The position numbers were made by a program, and so were the translations under genes. From a virus: a stretch of DNA of 64,000 nucleotides. Below the pieces are notes generated by a model that was not told where the DNA came from, made no database searches, and saw nothing but the letters and a program-made list of their open reading frames with translations. The stretch is from positions 64,001 to 128,000 of the IMG/VR virus record IMGVR_UViG_3300043449_002450; one strand, 5' to 3'. Shown here in pieces: positions 1-11,041 of this stretch (within the stretch, counting starts at the first letter, position 1; each line of letters starts with the position of its first letter).

Positions 1-2844
1 AATCTTATTCAAGGTATTGAAAGTTCTAAAATTACAGGTAATTCCTATACACTTGTTAAATCTTTTAGAGCTGTAGGGTTTGATAATGTCACTAATATTT
101 TTCCCTCGTCAACAGCAGTGTTTAAGATTGACGATCGTGTCTATGGCGGTCCTGCGACATCTTTTAATGATGACGATGTCGTAAAGACAGACAGAAATGA
201 CATATTTTGGAATTACGACAACAAAAATGCTTATAAGTCAACAAAGATAGGTCAAGATCTAAGAGATGCATTCATTGCAACTATTTGTGGATATGAATCA
301 AGGCAGAATCTAAATGATCCTAATATTATTAAGAATGAAGAGACGGGTGACCAAAAATTTCGAGAAGTTCTGATTAGAGCAGCAGTAGCGTGGCAACGCG
401 GTGGCACAATAAATACTAGCACGCTTTATGAATACGCGACTCCTAATGCTGATGAAGGAACGCTTAGTGTGTCAGATGGAGACAATCTTAGAGACGTTAA
501 TGATTTTTACTCCATTGGCAACGTTTTGTGGGCATATGACACTGCATCAAGTGACGATCCGTATGACATAATAGAGAAAAAAAGATTCAGCGATTTTGAC
601 CGAGCAGTAAGAAATCCTGGTCTTAAAGGCGTTATACCCAATTTCAAAAATGTTGCGACCAAAGTAAATAGCACATTTAGCACTTATAGGTTGGTCCCAA
701 TTGTTGCGTCTTTAATTGCAGAACAAGTAGGCGGAACAATCGCATCAAATGCAAACTTGCCAAGAATCTTTATAAATGCAGCAGACAATAATGTCAATAC
801 ACAGATTGAATTTACGATAGATGATCTGCTGCCTCTAGTCGCTCAAGTTAATGACACATTACTCAGCTTGTTTGACGCAACAGTTAACTTAGAAGGACTA
901 AACGCAAGAAGTCCATCCGGGCTAATTTATGCAACGTCTTTTGATCCCGACAAGCTAGAAACATTAAGGTTGGCTTATAACACTTCTAAAGTTAATATCC
1001 AGAACATTCTTATAAAGAATTCAGGATTATTTAGCAATCAAATTGCCGTATTTATACTAAAAGTAATGTTTGATGAATTTCTTAGCTTTTTTGAAAATTC
1101 TGTCCTTGTCACTGGGTCAAGCAAATACTCACTTTTGAGAGCTATTATGCTGTTTCATGCCTCACAGCAGCAAGAAAAAGCGGCTGATTTGTGGGTGATG
1201 CTCAATAATAAATCAAAGTTGCGTGGCGCTAGAGCTGCAGATGATGGCTATCTAGAAGATGAAATACAATCTTCATTAAATTTATACTTTGACCCTGTGC
1301 GTGGCTCTGAAGAGACAACTAGCGCACCCTTCACATTTGAAGCTTTTGCTGACACAGTTCGATCAGCAGCAGATATAGATGAGGCCGAAGATGAGGTAGA
1401 GGCTAGCACAACATTTTTATCAAAACTTTTTGACAGTGATTCATCATTTGGAATGTTTGATAGAATCGCAGACAAAGTTAAAAGCGCTTATTCTTTGGAA
1501 AACAGCACAATTGCCGAGGGTGCGTTGCGACTAACTTCGTATATGATTTTTCTTGACATTCTAAGGCTCGTGAAAGCTAAATATCGATACGATATTGTCA
1601 GAGATGGATACGGCGACTACAACGGTGTGTATGCATACATCAAGTTTTCTAAGAGAGACACGACGGCAATCACAGACTGTCTAAGGTCAGCAGTCGAGTA
1701 TTCAGTGCTCACAGATTACAGAACATATACATCTATTCGCAGTGGACCGCCTATTGAGTCGACTAAAGCATCAATTATTTCACATTTTTGGAATCCTATT
1801 AGGTCAATTGTTAGAAATGTTTTGCAGATTTATGAAAATCTCGATACAAAGTTTGCTTATATCTACTCGCAAGTATTGAATGCAATGAATGCATTAGACC
1901 CTGCAAAGCAAGCTTATAGTTCTTTGAAGCGCGCTTACTCATTTTTAGATGGACTGAGCGATCAAGATGCAAGCGCTAAAGCAAGCGCATTAGTGTCAAA
2001 ATACGCGACGCTTGAATCAATAATTGAACTAAAGCATAGATCTCGGAGATACCAGACACTGATAAAAAACACAGATATCACATCTTTTGCTGCCAGATCT
2101 CCTTATTTTAGGTCTATTGTCGAAGCTGTGCATCGCGATGTTTTAACTGAGCGGCAAGCTAGAATTTATGTCGTAGGGATTCCCTATGGAATGCTTGAGA
2201 ATCTTAGGCTTGAAAAATCAACAAGAGAGACCATTTCACCACAATTTACGCTTATCACAAACAGAGTTGAGCCTGATGGGTCTACAACAAGAGTTGATTA
2301 TTATTTCCCACACGACACATTGACAGGATCTAGCACACAAGCATTTAATAGCGCGATTACACAAATAACAGATGATCAAGATAACACGACAAGAATCACT
2401 AATTTTAATGATTCAAACATTAAAATTAGTAACTACAACTACACAAGTGAGAAATTTGAAGAATTTGCAGCAAGCGCAGGGTTTTTAGGAAATGCAAAAG
2501 CCGCCGCTCAAAATCAACTAATTCAATCATCTTTAGAAAGCTATGTTGAGGATCTATATGGACTTTATCCAAGGTATGCTTTTTTTAAGACAATCGGGTC
2601 CAGAGAGATAGTAGAAATTCCATACGCAAATGAAATAGTTGATTCTTATCCGGTCGACGAGCAAGAAGCACAACTCATAAGATCGCGCTTAAGAGCTGCA
2701 ATATTAATGCACAAGAATTTTTGCACTACAACCATGTTGAATGATCTTGAATCTTCGCCCCTCTTTGATAGGATTGTTTATTCTCTAGTAGAGACAGAGA
2801 CTGTTGGTAATTTGTCAACTCTAAGTTGCAAGGTGACAATATAA
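1..2844 (+). CDS. Large hypothetical virion protein, 5'-truncated (probable baseplate/tail region)
   Basis: Frame 1 is open from base 1 to TAA at 2842-2844, which overlaps the next ATG. No family motif recognised; the call rests on position upstream of tail-fibre-type genes. Confidence 0.5.
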   Translation, partial: NLIQGIESSKITGNSYTLVKSFRAVGFDNVTNIFPSSTAVFKIDDRVYGGPATSFNDDDVVKTDRNDIFWNYDNKNAYKSTKIGQDLRDAFIATICGYESRQNLNDPNIIKNEETGDQKFREVLIRAAVAWQRGGTINTSTLYEYATPNADEGTLSVSDGDNLRDVNDFYSIGNVLWAYDTASSDDPYDIIEKKRFSDFDRAVRNPGLKGVIPNFKNVATKVNSTFSTYRLVPIVASLIAEQVGGTIASNANLPRIFINAADNNVNTQIEFTIDDLLPLVAQVNDTLLSLFDATVNLEGLNARSPSGLIYATSFDPDKLETLRLAYNTSKVNIQNILIKNSGLFSNQIAVFILKVMFDEFLSFFENSVLVTGSSKYSLLRAIMLFHASQQQEKAADLWVMLNNKSKLRGARAADDGYLEDEIQSSLNLYFDPVRGSEETTSAPFTFEAFADTVRSAADIDEAEDEVEASTTFLSKLFDSDSSFGMFDRIADKVKSAYSLENSTIAEGALRLTSYMIFLDILRLVKAKYRYDIVRDGYGDYNGVYAYIKFSKRDTTAITDCLRSAVEYSVLTDYRTYTSIRSGPPIESTKASIISHFWNPIRSIVRNVLQIYENLDTKFAYIYSQVLNAMNALDPAKQAYSSLKRAYSFLDGLSDQDASAKASALVSKYATLESIIELKHRSRRYQTLIKNTDITSFAARSPYFRSIVEAVHRDVLTERQARIYVVGIPYGMLENLRLEKSTRETISPQFTLITNRVEPDGSTTRVDYYFPHDTLTGSSTQAFNSAITQITDDQDNTTRITNFNDSNIKISNYNYTSEKFEEFAASAGFLGNAKAAAQNQLIQSSLESYVEDLYGLYPRYAFFKTIGSREIVEIPYANEIVDSYPVDEQEAQLIRSRLRAAILMHKNFCTTTMLNDLESSPLFDRIVYSLVETETVGNLSTLSCKVTI

Positions 2845-4712
2845 TGAAAACTCAAGCTCAAAATAAGTCAAGTCAAGAGCGCGAAGAAGATCTAATACAG
2901 ACAACTACGTTACCCTTTTATAGCGTTAATCTACCTACCTTGACACAAGGCGAGGAAATTAGTGCTAAATTTGTCTACAACTACTACACACGAGATGAAG
3001 GCATATCAGAAACAACGTCACTATCGGGACTGCAGAGAGATACGGATGAATATGATTTCGTTGTTGAGAATTACGAGAGAAATGCTTTCCCAAGATATGT
3101 CAACATACAGATAAAGCCCCCAAAGACTGTTACTAAAAAAACTACTCTACCAAGAGAAACTACATTAAAAATTCAGAGAAATCCTGACAGCTTTATAGTC
3201 TACGAAGACGCTCCTTTTAATGATAAATTTTGTTCAATCATCGTGAATGATACAGCAATCGATGATAAAATCTATTTACAGTCAAATAGTCAGTCTTCCA
3301 CCAGCCAATCCGATATTAGGCGGATTGGAAGTATAAGCAATATTTCTTTACCCAAACGCGACTTTTTAAATAATGCAAACTTACAGTCTGCAGGAATTAG
3401 ATTTTCAGAAGCACAAGCGCGTCAAGAAGTTGTTGATTCTTATGCCAAAGACGTTAAAGCAATTAATCTAGGTATATCTATAAATTCGCTGCTAGTCTCG
3501 GACATGATTAGAACTGTTGAGAGATGGCAATCGTCAGTGTTTACTGATGAGTATGCAGCAGCATTTTCTGATGCCGACAAAAAGCAATCCAATTCAAGAG
3601 CAATCGACGACCCACTCAGGATTAGACAAGAAGAGCTTGATGTCGAGATTCCAGCGTATGATACTAGGCTACTATCGAGTGCAAATGCATCCGACTTCAG
3701 AACTGGAATAATTTCTCTAGCAGGCTTTATCATAGAAAAATATGGTGAGCAGCTTGATGGCACGACAAGACGCTATGATGACATATACATTTGGGATCCG
3801 AACGCCACCGCTTATCAAGATTCAAATGTTAGATACGGTGCAGTTTATAAATACAGACTCCGATCCTTGTATAGCAAAGTGATCTATGAATCTTCAAATT
3901 TAAAATCAGTCAAAGGTGTTAAGAGCGACACAAATAGAAAAATCATCGCTGCAAGTGTAATGCTTGCATCAGGAGGAACATTTACATCTTTGCAATGTAT
4001 TGAATCTATTCCTCCCAATCCTCCTAACAACATTACATTTCAACAAACGCTAAACGGACTTTATATAAGATGGAATTTTCCAATTAATAAACAAAAAGAC
4101 ATTAAGAGATTCCAAGTCTTTAGAAGAACGTCTATTACGGACCCATTTGAGCTAATTCAAGAGATAAATTTTGATCAGACATTGTTGCCGTATACGTCTG
4201 GTGAAAATGTTCCAGAAGAGCTAGTGCTAAGAGCTGATGGGCCGATTAAGCATTACCTTGACAGAGATTTCCAAAAACTCAACAGCGACTTTATTTACGC
4301 AATTTGTTGTATAGATGCACACGGATACTCATCGGCACTGTCAGAGCAATTTAGGGTTAGATTTGACCGCTTGAATGCAAAGCTACTTATAAGCAGAGTT
4401 TCTACAGAAGGTGCGCCAAAACCCTATCCAAATGTTAACATTTTAGGCGATTTTTTTACTGACCTTATTAAGTCAAGCGGATCAAGAAGGATAAGCCTTT
4501 ATTTTGATCCTGAGTATCCTGATGTGACAGACGTTAATGGAAAGTCTCTAAAGCTAATTAATGTCGGCGGCGATGGATCAACTTCATATAAGTTGGTGTT
4601 AACCGAAGTAAATCTTGCACAAAGTCAGGTTGTCGACATTAAACTATCTGATAGAAGAATTGATATTAATGGAATACCACCTAGCCAGGCAAGATTCTAC
4701 ACAGCAAGATAA
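2844..4712 (+). CDS. Hypothetical structural protein with fibronectin-III-like beta domains
   Basis: TAATG coupling with the upstream ORF. FN3-like segments YQDSNVRYGAVYKYRLRS and PPNPPNNITF...IRWNFP...FQVFRR...FIYAICCIDAHGYSS. Confidence 0.5.
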   Translation: MKTQAQNKSSQEREEDLIQTTTLPFYSVNLPTLTQGEEISAKFVYNYYTRDEGISETTSLSGLQRDTDEYDFVVENYERNAFPRYVNIQIKPPKTVTKKTTLPRETTLKIQRNPDSFIVYEDAPFNDKFCSIIVNDTAIDDKIYLQSNSQSSTSQSDIRRIGSISNISLPKRDFLNNANLQSAGIRFSEAQARQEVVDSYAKDVKAINLGISINSLLVSDMIRTVERWQSSVFTDEYAAAFSDADKKQSNSRAIDDPLRIRQEELDVEIPAYDTRLLSSANASDFRTGIISLAGFIIEKYGEQLDGTTRRYDDIYIWDPNATAYQDSNVRYGAVYKYRLRSLYSKVIYESSNLKSVKGVKSDTNRKIIAASVMLASGGTFTSLQCIESIPPNPPNNITFQQTLNGLYIRWNFPINKQKDIKRFQVFRRTSITDPFELIQEINFDQTLLPYTSGENVPEELVLRADGPIKHYLDRDFQKLNSDFIYAICCIDAHGYSSALSEQFRVRFDRLNAKLLISRVSTEGAPKPYPNVNILGDFFTDLIKSSGSRRISLYFDPEYPDVTDVNGKSLKLINVGGDGSTSYKLVLTEVNLAQSQVVDIKLSDRRIDINGIPPSQARFYTAR

Positions 4713-4737
4713 TTTTAACTGCAAACTATTTCGCTGA

Positions 4738-4744
4738 ATATTTA
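4738..4744 (+). promoter_or_regulatory. Putative late promoter ATATTTA
   Basis: Member of the recurring (G/A)ATANNTA motif upstream of structural genes; resembles the T4 late promoter TATAAATA. Confidence 0.45.
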
Positions 4745-4764
4745 AGATAGCGAGGAAATCACTT

Positions 4765-5469
4765 ATGGGTTTTCTAGACCAAAGCACGAACAACATCATC
4801 TTAGACGCCGTTCTCACTGACGCGGGCAGGAATTTGCTTGCGCAACAGGGGCGATTTGTAATTACTAAGTTCACGCTAGCAGACGATGGTGTTGACTATG
4901 GCATCGTCCAGCAATATGGGCGGACTGTAGGAAAAGAAAAGATTGAGAAGAACACGCCCGTCTTCGAGGCGTTGACAAATCCATCACATGCCATAAGAAA
5001 TAGTCTGGTTAGCATTTCTACGGTGTCAAACAATATCACATACATACCGACACTTAATTTGACGCCAGCTGGCGTTGTCTCGCTAAACTTTAGCACAACA
5101 ACATCGCAGCTAGTCACGGTCCAGCTAAGCATCTCAGAGGGATTTTCTAGCCCACCCGAGCTTATTGATGATGACTTCATAGTCATGCTTGATAATCGCT
5201 TTTTACGTGCGTCAACAAAGAGCGTAACAGCGCCAATATCAATATCGCAGACAAGCATGGCAACATACGTTTTCCCGTCCGACCAGACATCGTCAACGAA
5301 CCCACTGTCTACGCTCGCTTTCTCTTTGACGCCCCAGTCTGTTCCTGCAGCAACGCAGGCAGCTTATAAGGTTGCGGGAACGACATATGTCACGTCATAT
5401 GTCAAGGTAGTTGGTAGAAATTCTGGGCAAAGTCAAGACATCAGAGTTAACATTACAACAGCGCAGTAA
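4765..5469 (+). CDS. Putative baseplate/tail-fibre attachment protein
   Basis: N-terminus MGFLD...DAVLTDAGRNLLA...ITKFTLADDGVDY resembles the N-terminal motif of tail-collar/fibre proteins; GAGG SD upstream. Confidence 0.5.
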   Translation: MGFLDQSTNNIILDAVLTDAGRNLLAQQGRFVITKFTLADDGVDYGIVQQYGRTVGKEKIEKNTPVFEALTNPSHAIRNSLVSISTVSNNITYIPTLNLTPAGVVSLNFSTTTSQLVTVQLSISEGFSSPPELIDDDFIVMLDNRFLRASTKSVTAPISISQTSMATYVFPSDQTSSTNPLSTLAFSLTPQSVPAATQAAYKVAGTTYVTSYVKVVGRNSGQSQDIRVNITTAQ

Positions 5470-5480
5470 GGAATAGATAA

Positions 5481-6767
5481 ATGCCAGTCTATAAAGCGAT
5501 ATCACCAAACGACATTAAGACAGCAAGATCATACCTGAACCAGCTTGTTGACATTATCCAAGAGAGCGTGAGCGGTTCTAATACTAGAAAGGCTTATGAG
5601 GTCTTCGTTACTGGCTCCGGTGCAGCTGGAGTAACATCTTCGATATTTCAAACTGTCTTTGACCAAGATTTTACTCTTGCAACCGCTAATGAGATGTTTG
5701 ACATCACAGTAGGACTTTATGCGTCCGGCGGAATAGTCACGGGTTCACCAGGCTATAGTGTAGACTCAGCAGGAAAGCTAATTTTTGCTGGCAACACTTT
5801 GATGATGCGCGAGAAAGTGCAGATATACAACCAGATGGCTCAAGCGCTATTAGGTGATAGTTCTGCACAGTTTACGTCGCCATTCACGGGTGCGACTACA
5901 AACGACTACATAGACGCTGCTTTGTTCTTGCCATTTAAGAGACTTTTCGCTCGTGACAAGATAAAACCTGAGACCTTTGCAATGAAGGTTTTCTCAACTG
6001 CTGCATTCGATGGCAGCCAGCTTGCTACAACCTTCGAGCAGAGTGTTAGAAATGCTAGAGTTGGTCCAAATCTTGAAGCTCCTATTGCCTTCAACCCTAT
6101 CATCATAACAGACGCAGGCGCTACAGCGAACCCTGAATACACGTTTGGTGGAACGGTAGGTAATCTTGTCAATGCTTCAAACACAGCTGAAAAAGTTGGA
6201 TTACTATTTTATGATTATGGTGTCGCAGTCCTGGACATCGAGAAGGTCTTCTGGGGCAACCAGCACATGTCAGGAGTTATAAGCGCTGTTACATCTGCGG
6301 CAACTCCTCTGGCAGCAGGAACAACGCTTATTGGTGCTAACCCAAGCTGGTATACTGCAGCAGGTGCCTCTGTAGTTGGTAATGCTAGTGCATCTTTCGT
6401 CCCTGACTTTATGGTGTCTGGATCGATAGATGACATTGTTAATCACATTGCTAGCGTTAGATTTGGCAGTGGATCTGATACAACAGTCACATTCCAGAAT
6501 GTAACAACAATCAATTCGACTCTTGTCTTTTGTGAGGCAGCCGCGGATGAGTTTAACTACTCATCTAATCCAACATTTACAGATGATGATGGAAGAATTG
6601 TCGTGATTGATTCTGGTGCTGAAGATACACAGAAGTCTTTCACTTTCATTACAACAATCGGCCTCTATGATGCAGCTGATAATCTTCTTGCAGTTGCTAA
6701 ACTTTCACGTCCTGTGGAGAAGAACGACGAGAAGAAGCTGACATTTAGAGTTCGGCTAGACTACTGA
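5481..6767 (+). CDS. Putative baseplate/tail-collar fibre protein
   Basis: C-terminal FITTIGLYDAADNLLAVAKLSRPVEK...FRVRLDY resembles the tail-collar fibre motif and is paralogous to the C-terminus of the next ORF. Confidence 0.55.
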   Translation: MPVYKAISPNDIKTARSYLNQLVDIIQESVSGSNTRKAYEVFVTGSGAAGVTSSIFQTVFDQDFTLATANEMFDITVGLYASGGIVTGSPGYSVDSAGKLIFAGNTLMMREKVQIYNQMAQALLGDSSAQFTSPFTGATTNDYIDAALFLPFKRLFARDKIKPETFAMKVFSTAAFDGSQLATTFEQSVRNARVGPNLEAPIAFNPIIITDAGATANPEYTFGGTVGNLVNASNTAEKVGLLFYDYGVAVLDIEKVFWGNQHMSGVISAVTSAATPLAAGTTLIGANPSWYTAAGASVVGNASASFVPDFMVSGSIDDIVNHIASVRFGSGSDTTVTFQNVTTINSTLVFCEAAADEFNYSSNPTFTDDDGRIVVIDSGAEDTQKSFTFITTIGLYDAADNLLAVAKLSRPVEKNDEKKLTFRVRLDY

Positions 6768-6773
6768 GATAAC

Positions 6774-9161
6774 ATGTCAATACTGCCGCTCAGCAATGAA
6801 AATGTTGAGCTGACGACGTTGCTATTGCAACCAAGTCAGTCATTTACGACGTCGTCTTTGGGTATGACAGGCAGCATTTTCTTAGTTGCTAAATCTTCTC
6901 CTGCTATTAAGACACTTGTTCGCCCGTACGACCAAGCACCTGTGTCATACACAGAGACGCTTGGTATATCAGATGATGATGATCTCATTTATAGCGCGAG
7001 CGCTGCAATAGCATCTGGCTCAACCAACGTAAAAAATTTAATTAGCGCTTACATGGACAAGGTGAAGGATCAGGACGGTGATCCTCGCGCCGGAATCGTT
7101 TTTAAGCCCGTGTCTTATTTCTCTAAGGGCACAACAGGCGTTCCAGGATACACAGATACAGCAGTCGTTGAGGTTGCTCGCGAAATTAATGCAGAAGACA
7201 CGTATCAATGGCAGAATTATCAACGTAAGGTCATAAGGAATTGTTTGGTTCCAGATGCTCTTGTAGAGAATCCTAGGTCTACTTTTGGTTACACAAACTA
7301 TCACTGTCTTAACATTATGTCAACGAGCTTTTCAAGCGTAGGACAAGCTCTAATATATCCAAACTATAAGACAGCGACAAGGCCCTACACGCCAAGCAGC
7401 GCTTTCACGATAAACTTCTTTGTCAAGCCAAAAAAAATGCTAGACACGCAGAAACCACACGTTGCTGGCACAGTCATGCATCTATCATCATCTTTTGCTG
7501 TGACGATAGTAAGCGGATCAAGAACAGCAGATGATGGCAAACCAGAGACATTTCGTGTCTTATTCCAGATTGGCAGCGGCAGCGCATATTCGCCCAAAGA
7601 TTTAAACCCACTAAGCTTCTTACCAGGTGTAACGCCGCCAAGTTATCCACAAAATTTAATATTTTCTACTGATGATGTCTTAAAGAGAGATGTTTGGCAT
7701 CAAGTTTCTATTAGATGGGACGCCAATAGAAGCTACGGAACAGGATCAATTATAGTTGATAACTCGTATAGAAGAACATTCACATTCCCATCAGGCACCG
7801 TTGACCCATATGGAAGTGCGTCCACGCCGGGCGGTCTTGTCATAGGAAATTTCTATGATAGCGGCGACAGCATATCAAAGTTTTTTAATAGCAACAACAA
7901 TAGCATCGATGGAACCGTTGTCGATCCAAACGCAAGTTCTACTGATCCCACAGGTTTTACTTTTGGCTGTCAACTAAATGCAGAGATCCACCAGCTTTCA
8001 ATTTTTAAGCGATACTTGAGCGATGAGGAAATTGGTGATCTAGCATCTGCTACAGCTATAACTTCATCTAGCGGGCCCGCTTTCTATCTACCTGTTCATT
8101 TTTCTGGGTCAACTTCGAAATACAAGACATATGGGTCACCTAAAGAGTTAAAAACTGTATCAACTGATAGTCCTTTTTCTTATGACATGGCTGCTGGTTA
8201 TAACGGCTACTATCTAAATTTGCAAAATTTCATTGCTGATGCTGTAACGGCGAATCTGCCTCGTGCTTACGGGTATCACAGTCCTGTGCAGTATGGACCC
8301 ACATATGATCTCAAAACACAAGATACAAATGATGTCCTTATGACGCTCAATAGCGTTAAAAGGAGAAATTTTCTTGTGGTTCCCTGTGACAATGGGACAT
8401 ACACACCGACATTTAATAGAATACAGAATGATAATTCTAGATTCACTAAAAATGATGCAGCTACCATATCAATGACACAACTTGTTCCGAATGACGTGTT
8501 GAAAATAACACCAACATTCGCAGACACTTCAATACCCTATGACGGTGTCTTCACGAGCACATTGCAAATCTTACCTGTTCTTCAAAATAGCAATGCAAAT
8601 TTTAGAAGCGGGTATGAGGATCTTAGCTCAAACTTAGTGACAGTGATCTCAATTCCCACACCTTATTACGGCAATAGAATTGTTCCAAATACAGTTGTTT
8701 TGACTGATTCTAGCGTATCGGGCTCAAGTGGGCAGAAGTTCACGCTTAGAGACGACGGAATAGGCAACTTGTACAGGCACGACACAGCTTCTGCCCCTGC
8801 AATGTGGAATAGAGTCGGATCTATATTCTACGATCACGGAATAGTGGCATTAATGAGCCCACACATTCCGTTTTTTGCTAAGGAAGGTTACACAATTAGC
8901 TTTAGGGGCGAGCACAGGAAGCATGTCATGAGCGTTGCAATTCCTGCAAAGCCTGATGCTTTGAACACATCAAGAAACACATCTTATAAACGATTCCCAC
9001 CATCTGATCTTTTGTCCGAGCAGGCAGAAGATTTTGTCTACATCACGGGAATTAACTTGCATGACCAGAATTTTAATGTTGTCATGCGCGCGAAACTGGC
9101 ACAAGCCGTGCACAAGCGTGAAAGTGATGAGATTGTGTTTAGGTTGAGGTATGACTTCTGA
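6774..9161 (+). CDS. Virion protein with LamG/concanavalin-like domain and tail-collar-like C-terminus
   Basis: LamG-like FTINFFVKP...WHQVSIRWD...LVIGN...IHQLSIFKRYLSDEEI; C-terminal YITGINLHDQNFNVVMRAKLAQAVHK...FRLRYDF. Confidence 0.55.
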   Translation: MSILPLSNENVELTTLLLQPSQSFTTSSLGMTGSIFLVAKSSPAIKTLVRPYDQAPVSYTETLGISDDDDLIYSASAAIASGSTNVKNLISAYMDKVKDQDGDPRAGIVFKPVSYFSKGTTGVPGYTDTAVVEVAREINAEDTYQWQNYQRKVIRNCLVPDALVENPRSTFGYTNYHCLNIMSTSFSSVGQALIYPNYKTATRPYTPSSAFTINFFVKPKKMLDTQKPHVAGTVMHLSSSFAVTIVSGSRTADDGKPETFRVLFQIGSGSAYSPKDLNPLSFLPGVTPPSYPQNLIFSTDDVLKRDVWHQVSIRWDANRSYGTGSIIVDNSYRRTFTFPSGTVDPYGSASTPGGLVIGNFYDSGDSISKFFNSNNNSIDGTVVDPNASSTDPTGFTFGCQLNAEIHQLSIFKRYLSDEEIGDLASATAITSSSGPAFYLPVHFSGSTSKYKTYGSPKELKTVSTDSPFSYDMAAGYNGYYLNLQNFIADAVTANLPRAYGYHSPVQYGPTYDLKTQDTNDVLMTLNSVKRRNFLVVPCDNGTYTPTFNRIQNDNSRFTKNDAATISMTQLVPNDVLKITPTFADTSIPYDGVFTSTLQILPVLQNSNANFRSGYEDLSSNLVTVISIPTPYYGNRIVPNTVVLTDSSVSGSSGQKFTLRDDGIGNLYRHDTASAPAMWNRVGSIFYDHGIVALMSPHIPFFAKEGYTISFRGEHRKHVMSVAIPAKPDALNTSRNTSYKRFPPSDLLSEQAEDFVYITGINLHDQNFNVVMRAKLAQAVHKRESDEIVFRLRYDF

Positions 9162-9684
9162 TCTGATTCTTGGTCTAGATATTTCTACGAGCTGCACGGG
9201 TGTCTGTGTCCTATCACCCACCGGCGATTTAATTGATATTACATTTGTTGATCTCGGTAAGAGCAAGACTTTTATTGACAAGTGCAATCTCATCACGAAG
9301 AGATTCAATGAGATCGCAAGAGATAGAAATATTGGCAAGATATACATTGAGCAGAACATGAGCGCGTTTAGGCCGGGAATGTCTTCAGCGCACACGATTA
9401 ATGCTTTGGCAAGATTCAACGGTGCTGTCAACCTAATTGCATATCAAGTTTTTGGTGCTGAACCTATTCTTCTCAATGTTATAAACGCGCGTAACCATAT
9501 TGGCCTTAAGATTAACCACAAGGACAAGACCACCACAACCAAGGAAAAGATATACTCCTGGGTTAACCAGATGATCTCTGTTGAATGGCCGCTTAAGAAA
9601 TCTGGTGCACCAAGGCCCGAGTGCTTCGACATGGCAGACGCTTACGTGGTAGCACGTGCAGGGTGGGCTGGTTGTAAAGAGTAG
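9151..9684 (+). CDS. ruvC: RuvC-like Holliday junction resolvase
   Basis: ILGLDISTSCTG, IYIEQ and DMADAY acidic catalytic motifs. Confidence 0.8.
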   Translation: MTSDLILGLDISTSCTGVCVLSPTGDLIDITFVDLGKSKTFIDKCNLITKRFNEIARDRNIGKIYIEQNMSAFRPGMSSAHTINALARFNGAVNLIAYQVFGAEPILLNVINARNHIGLKINHKDKTTTTKEKIYSWVNQMISVEWPLKKSGAPRPECFDMADAYVVARAGWAGCKE

Positions 9685-9701
9685 ACACGTGTCTGTTTAA
9701 T

Positions 9702-10673
9702 GTGATCGTGCAACCTACATTTACAGAGAAAGTCGTCTTCGTCGAGAAGTGGTTCGGAAAGGGCCAGATCTCTAGAACAGGCGCAGACATTGCCATCTGC
9801 TGCCCTTACTGTGGTGAGACAAAGAAGAAGAAGATGTCGATCTCACTTGTCAGCTGGCAGTTTCACTGTTGGGTGTGTGCTGCCAAGGGCAAGACGCTTA
9901 TTCCTGCGCTTAGGAAGTTCAAAAGTCGTGAAGCAGCACAGGAGTTTAGGCAGAGATTCTTGGGAGAAGTCCCAGAATTTGAGACAGCGCAACAGGCACA
10001 AGAGCTTAAATTTGAATACCCAGAAGGTTATGTCCCACTTGGCCTTCTGCTTGACACAAAGAATCCAAACACGCGTGCCTGCATCAGGTATCTCCAGAAG
10101 CGTGGCTGGACTGAGAATGACATTTTTAAGTTTAGAGCTGGTGTTACACCAGGCGGCAAGGATCCTAGGCGGATATATTTCATCTCTCTTGATGACGAAG
10201 GAGAAGAAAATTACTTCGTGTCAAGGACAATCGATGATTCATCAACATATCGATACATAAATTCTCAGCTTGATAAGACACAGATAATTTTTAACGAGTG
10301 TGATGTTGACTGGGACCTGCCTGTTTATCTAGTAGAGGGTGTATTTGACCTTGTAAGCTTGAAAAAGAACACCATCTGCATGCTTGGTTCGTCTTTGCCA
10401 GAGTCTAGCCTGCTGTTCAAAAAGCTGGTTGCAAATGAGTGTGACGTTGTTCTTGCACTGGACAGTGACGTGCAATCAAAGGCTGCAAGGATCGCCGATA
10501 AACTTGTTAGCTACGGCTGCTCTGTCAAGATGTTTCCTCTTTGTGGTGCTAAGGATGTTGGATCGATGACAAGAGAGCAGATCGATGAAGCTGATACTCG
10601 TCTAATTACGTGGAATTTAACAAATTCTCTAATCTCTAAGATTGGAAATATTAGAAGTGGCTCATTGTTCTGA
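9702..10673 (+). CDS. DNA primase (Zn finger + TOPRIM, DnaG/T4 gp61-like)
   Basis: CPYC...FHCWVC zinc-binding domain; VEGVFD and ALDSD TOPRIM motifs; KDVG motif. Confidence 0.88.
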   Translation: MIVQPTFTEKVVFVEKWFGKGQISRTGADIAICCPYCGETKKKKMSISLVSWQFHCWVCAAKGKTLIPALRKFKSREAAQEFRQRFLGEVPEFETAQQAQELKFEYPEGYVPLGLLLDTKNPNTRACIRYLQKRGWTENDIFKFRAGVTPGGKDPRRIYFISLDDEGEENYFVSRTIDDSSTYRYINSQLDKTQIIFNECDVDWDLPVYLVEGVFDLVSLKKNTICMLGSSLPESSLLFKKLVANECDVVLALDSDVQSKAARIADKLVSYGCSVKMFPLCGAKDVGSMTREQIDEADTRLITWNLTNSLISKIGNIRSGSLF

Positions 10674-10687
10674 TAATTACTATTATC

Positions 10688-11020
10688 ATGAAACTCATCC
10701 GAGAGCTTATTAGGTCTATTCTTAGCGATGACGCGCTCTATCGCAGGCGAGATTTGCCGGGCGATCTAGGCGATCCGCCAGAAATTTATGACACACCCCA
10801 CGATGATGAAGACGAATCTGATTGTGGTTGTGGGTGTGGTAATTGCGATGACACGCACGACGACGAGGATGATTATGTCACCCCCAAGTATGCGCTTTAT
10901 TCGGCGATTGGAGATGCGATAAGCGTCTATGATGACATGGAAGATGAGTCGTTTGGTGATGATGAAGCTGACGCCGCCATTATGCGTGTCGCAGAAGAGA
11001 TTAAAAGAATAAAGCGCTAA
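10688..11020 (+). CDS. Small acidic Cys/His-containing hypothetical protein, putative late head-internal protein
   Basis: 110 aa; MKLIRELIRSIL N-terminus; DCGCGCGNCDD; late-type motif ATAATTA at 10673-10679. Confidence 0.6.
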   Translation: MKLIRELIRSILSDDALYRRRDLPGDLGDPPEIYDTPHDDEDESDCGCGCGNCDDTHDDEDDYVTPKYALYSAIGDAISVYDDMEDESFGDDEADAAIMRVAEEIKRIKR

Positions 11021-11041
11021 TTGTCGCAGTAGTGTTTAACC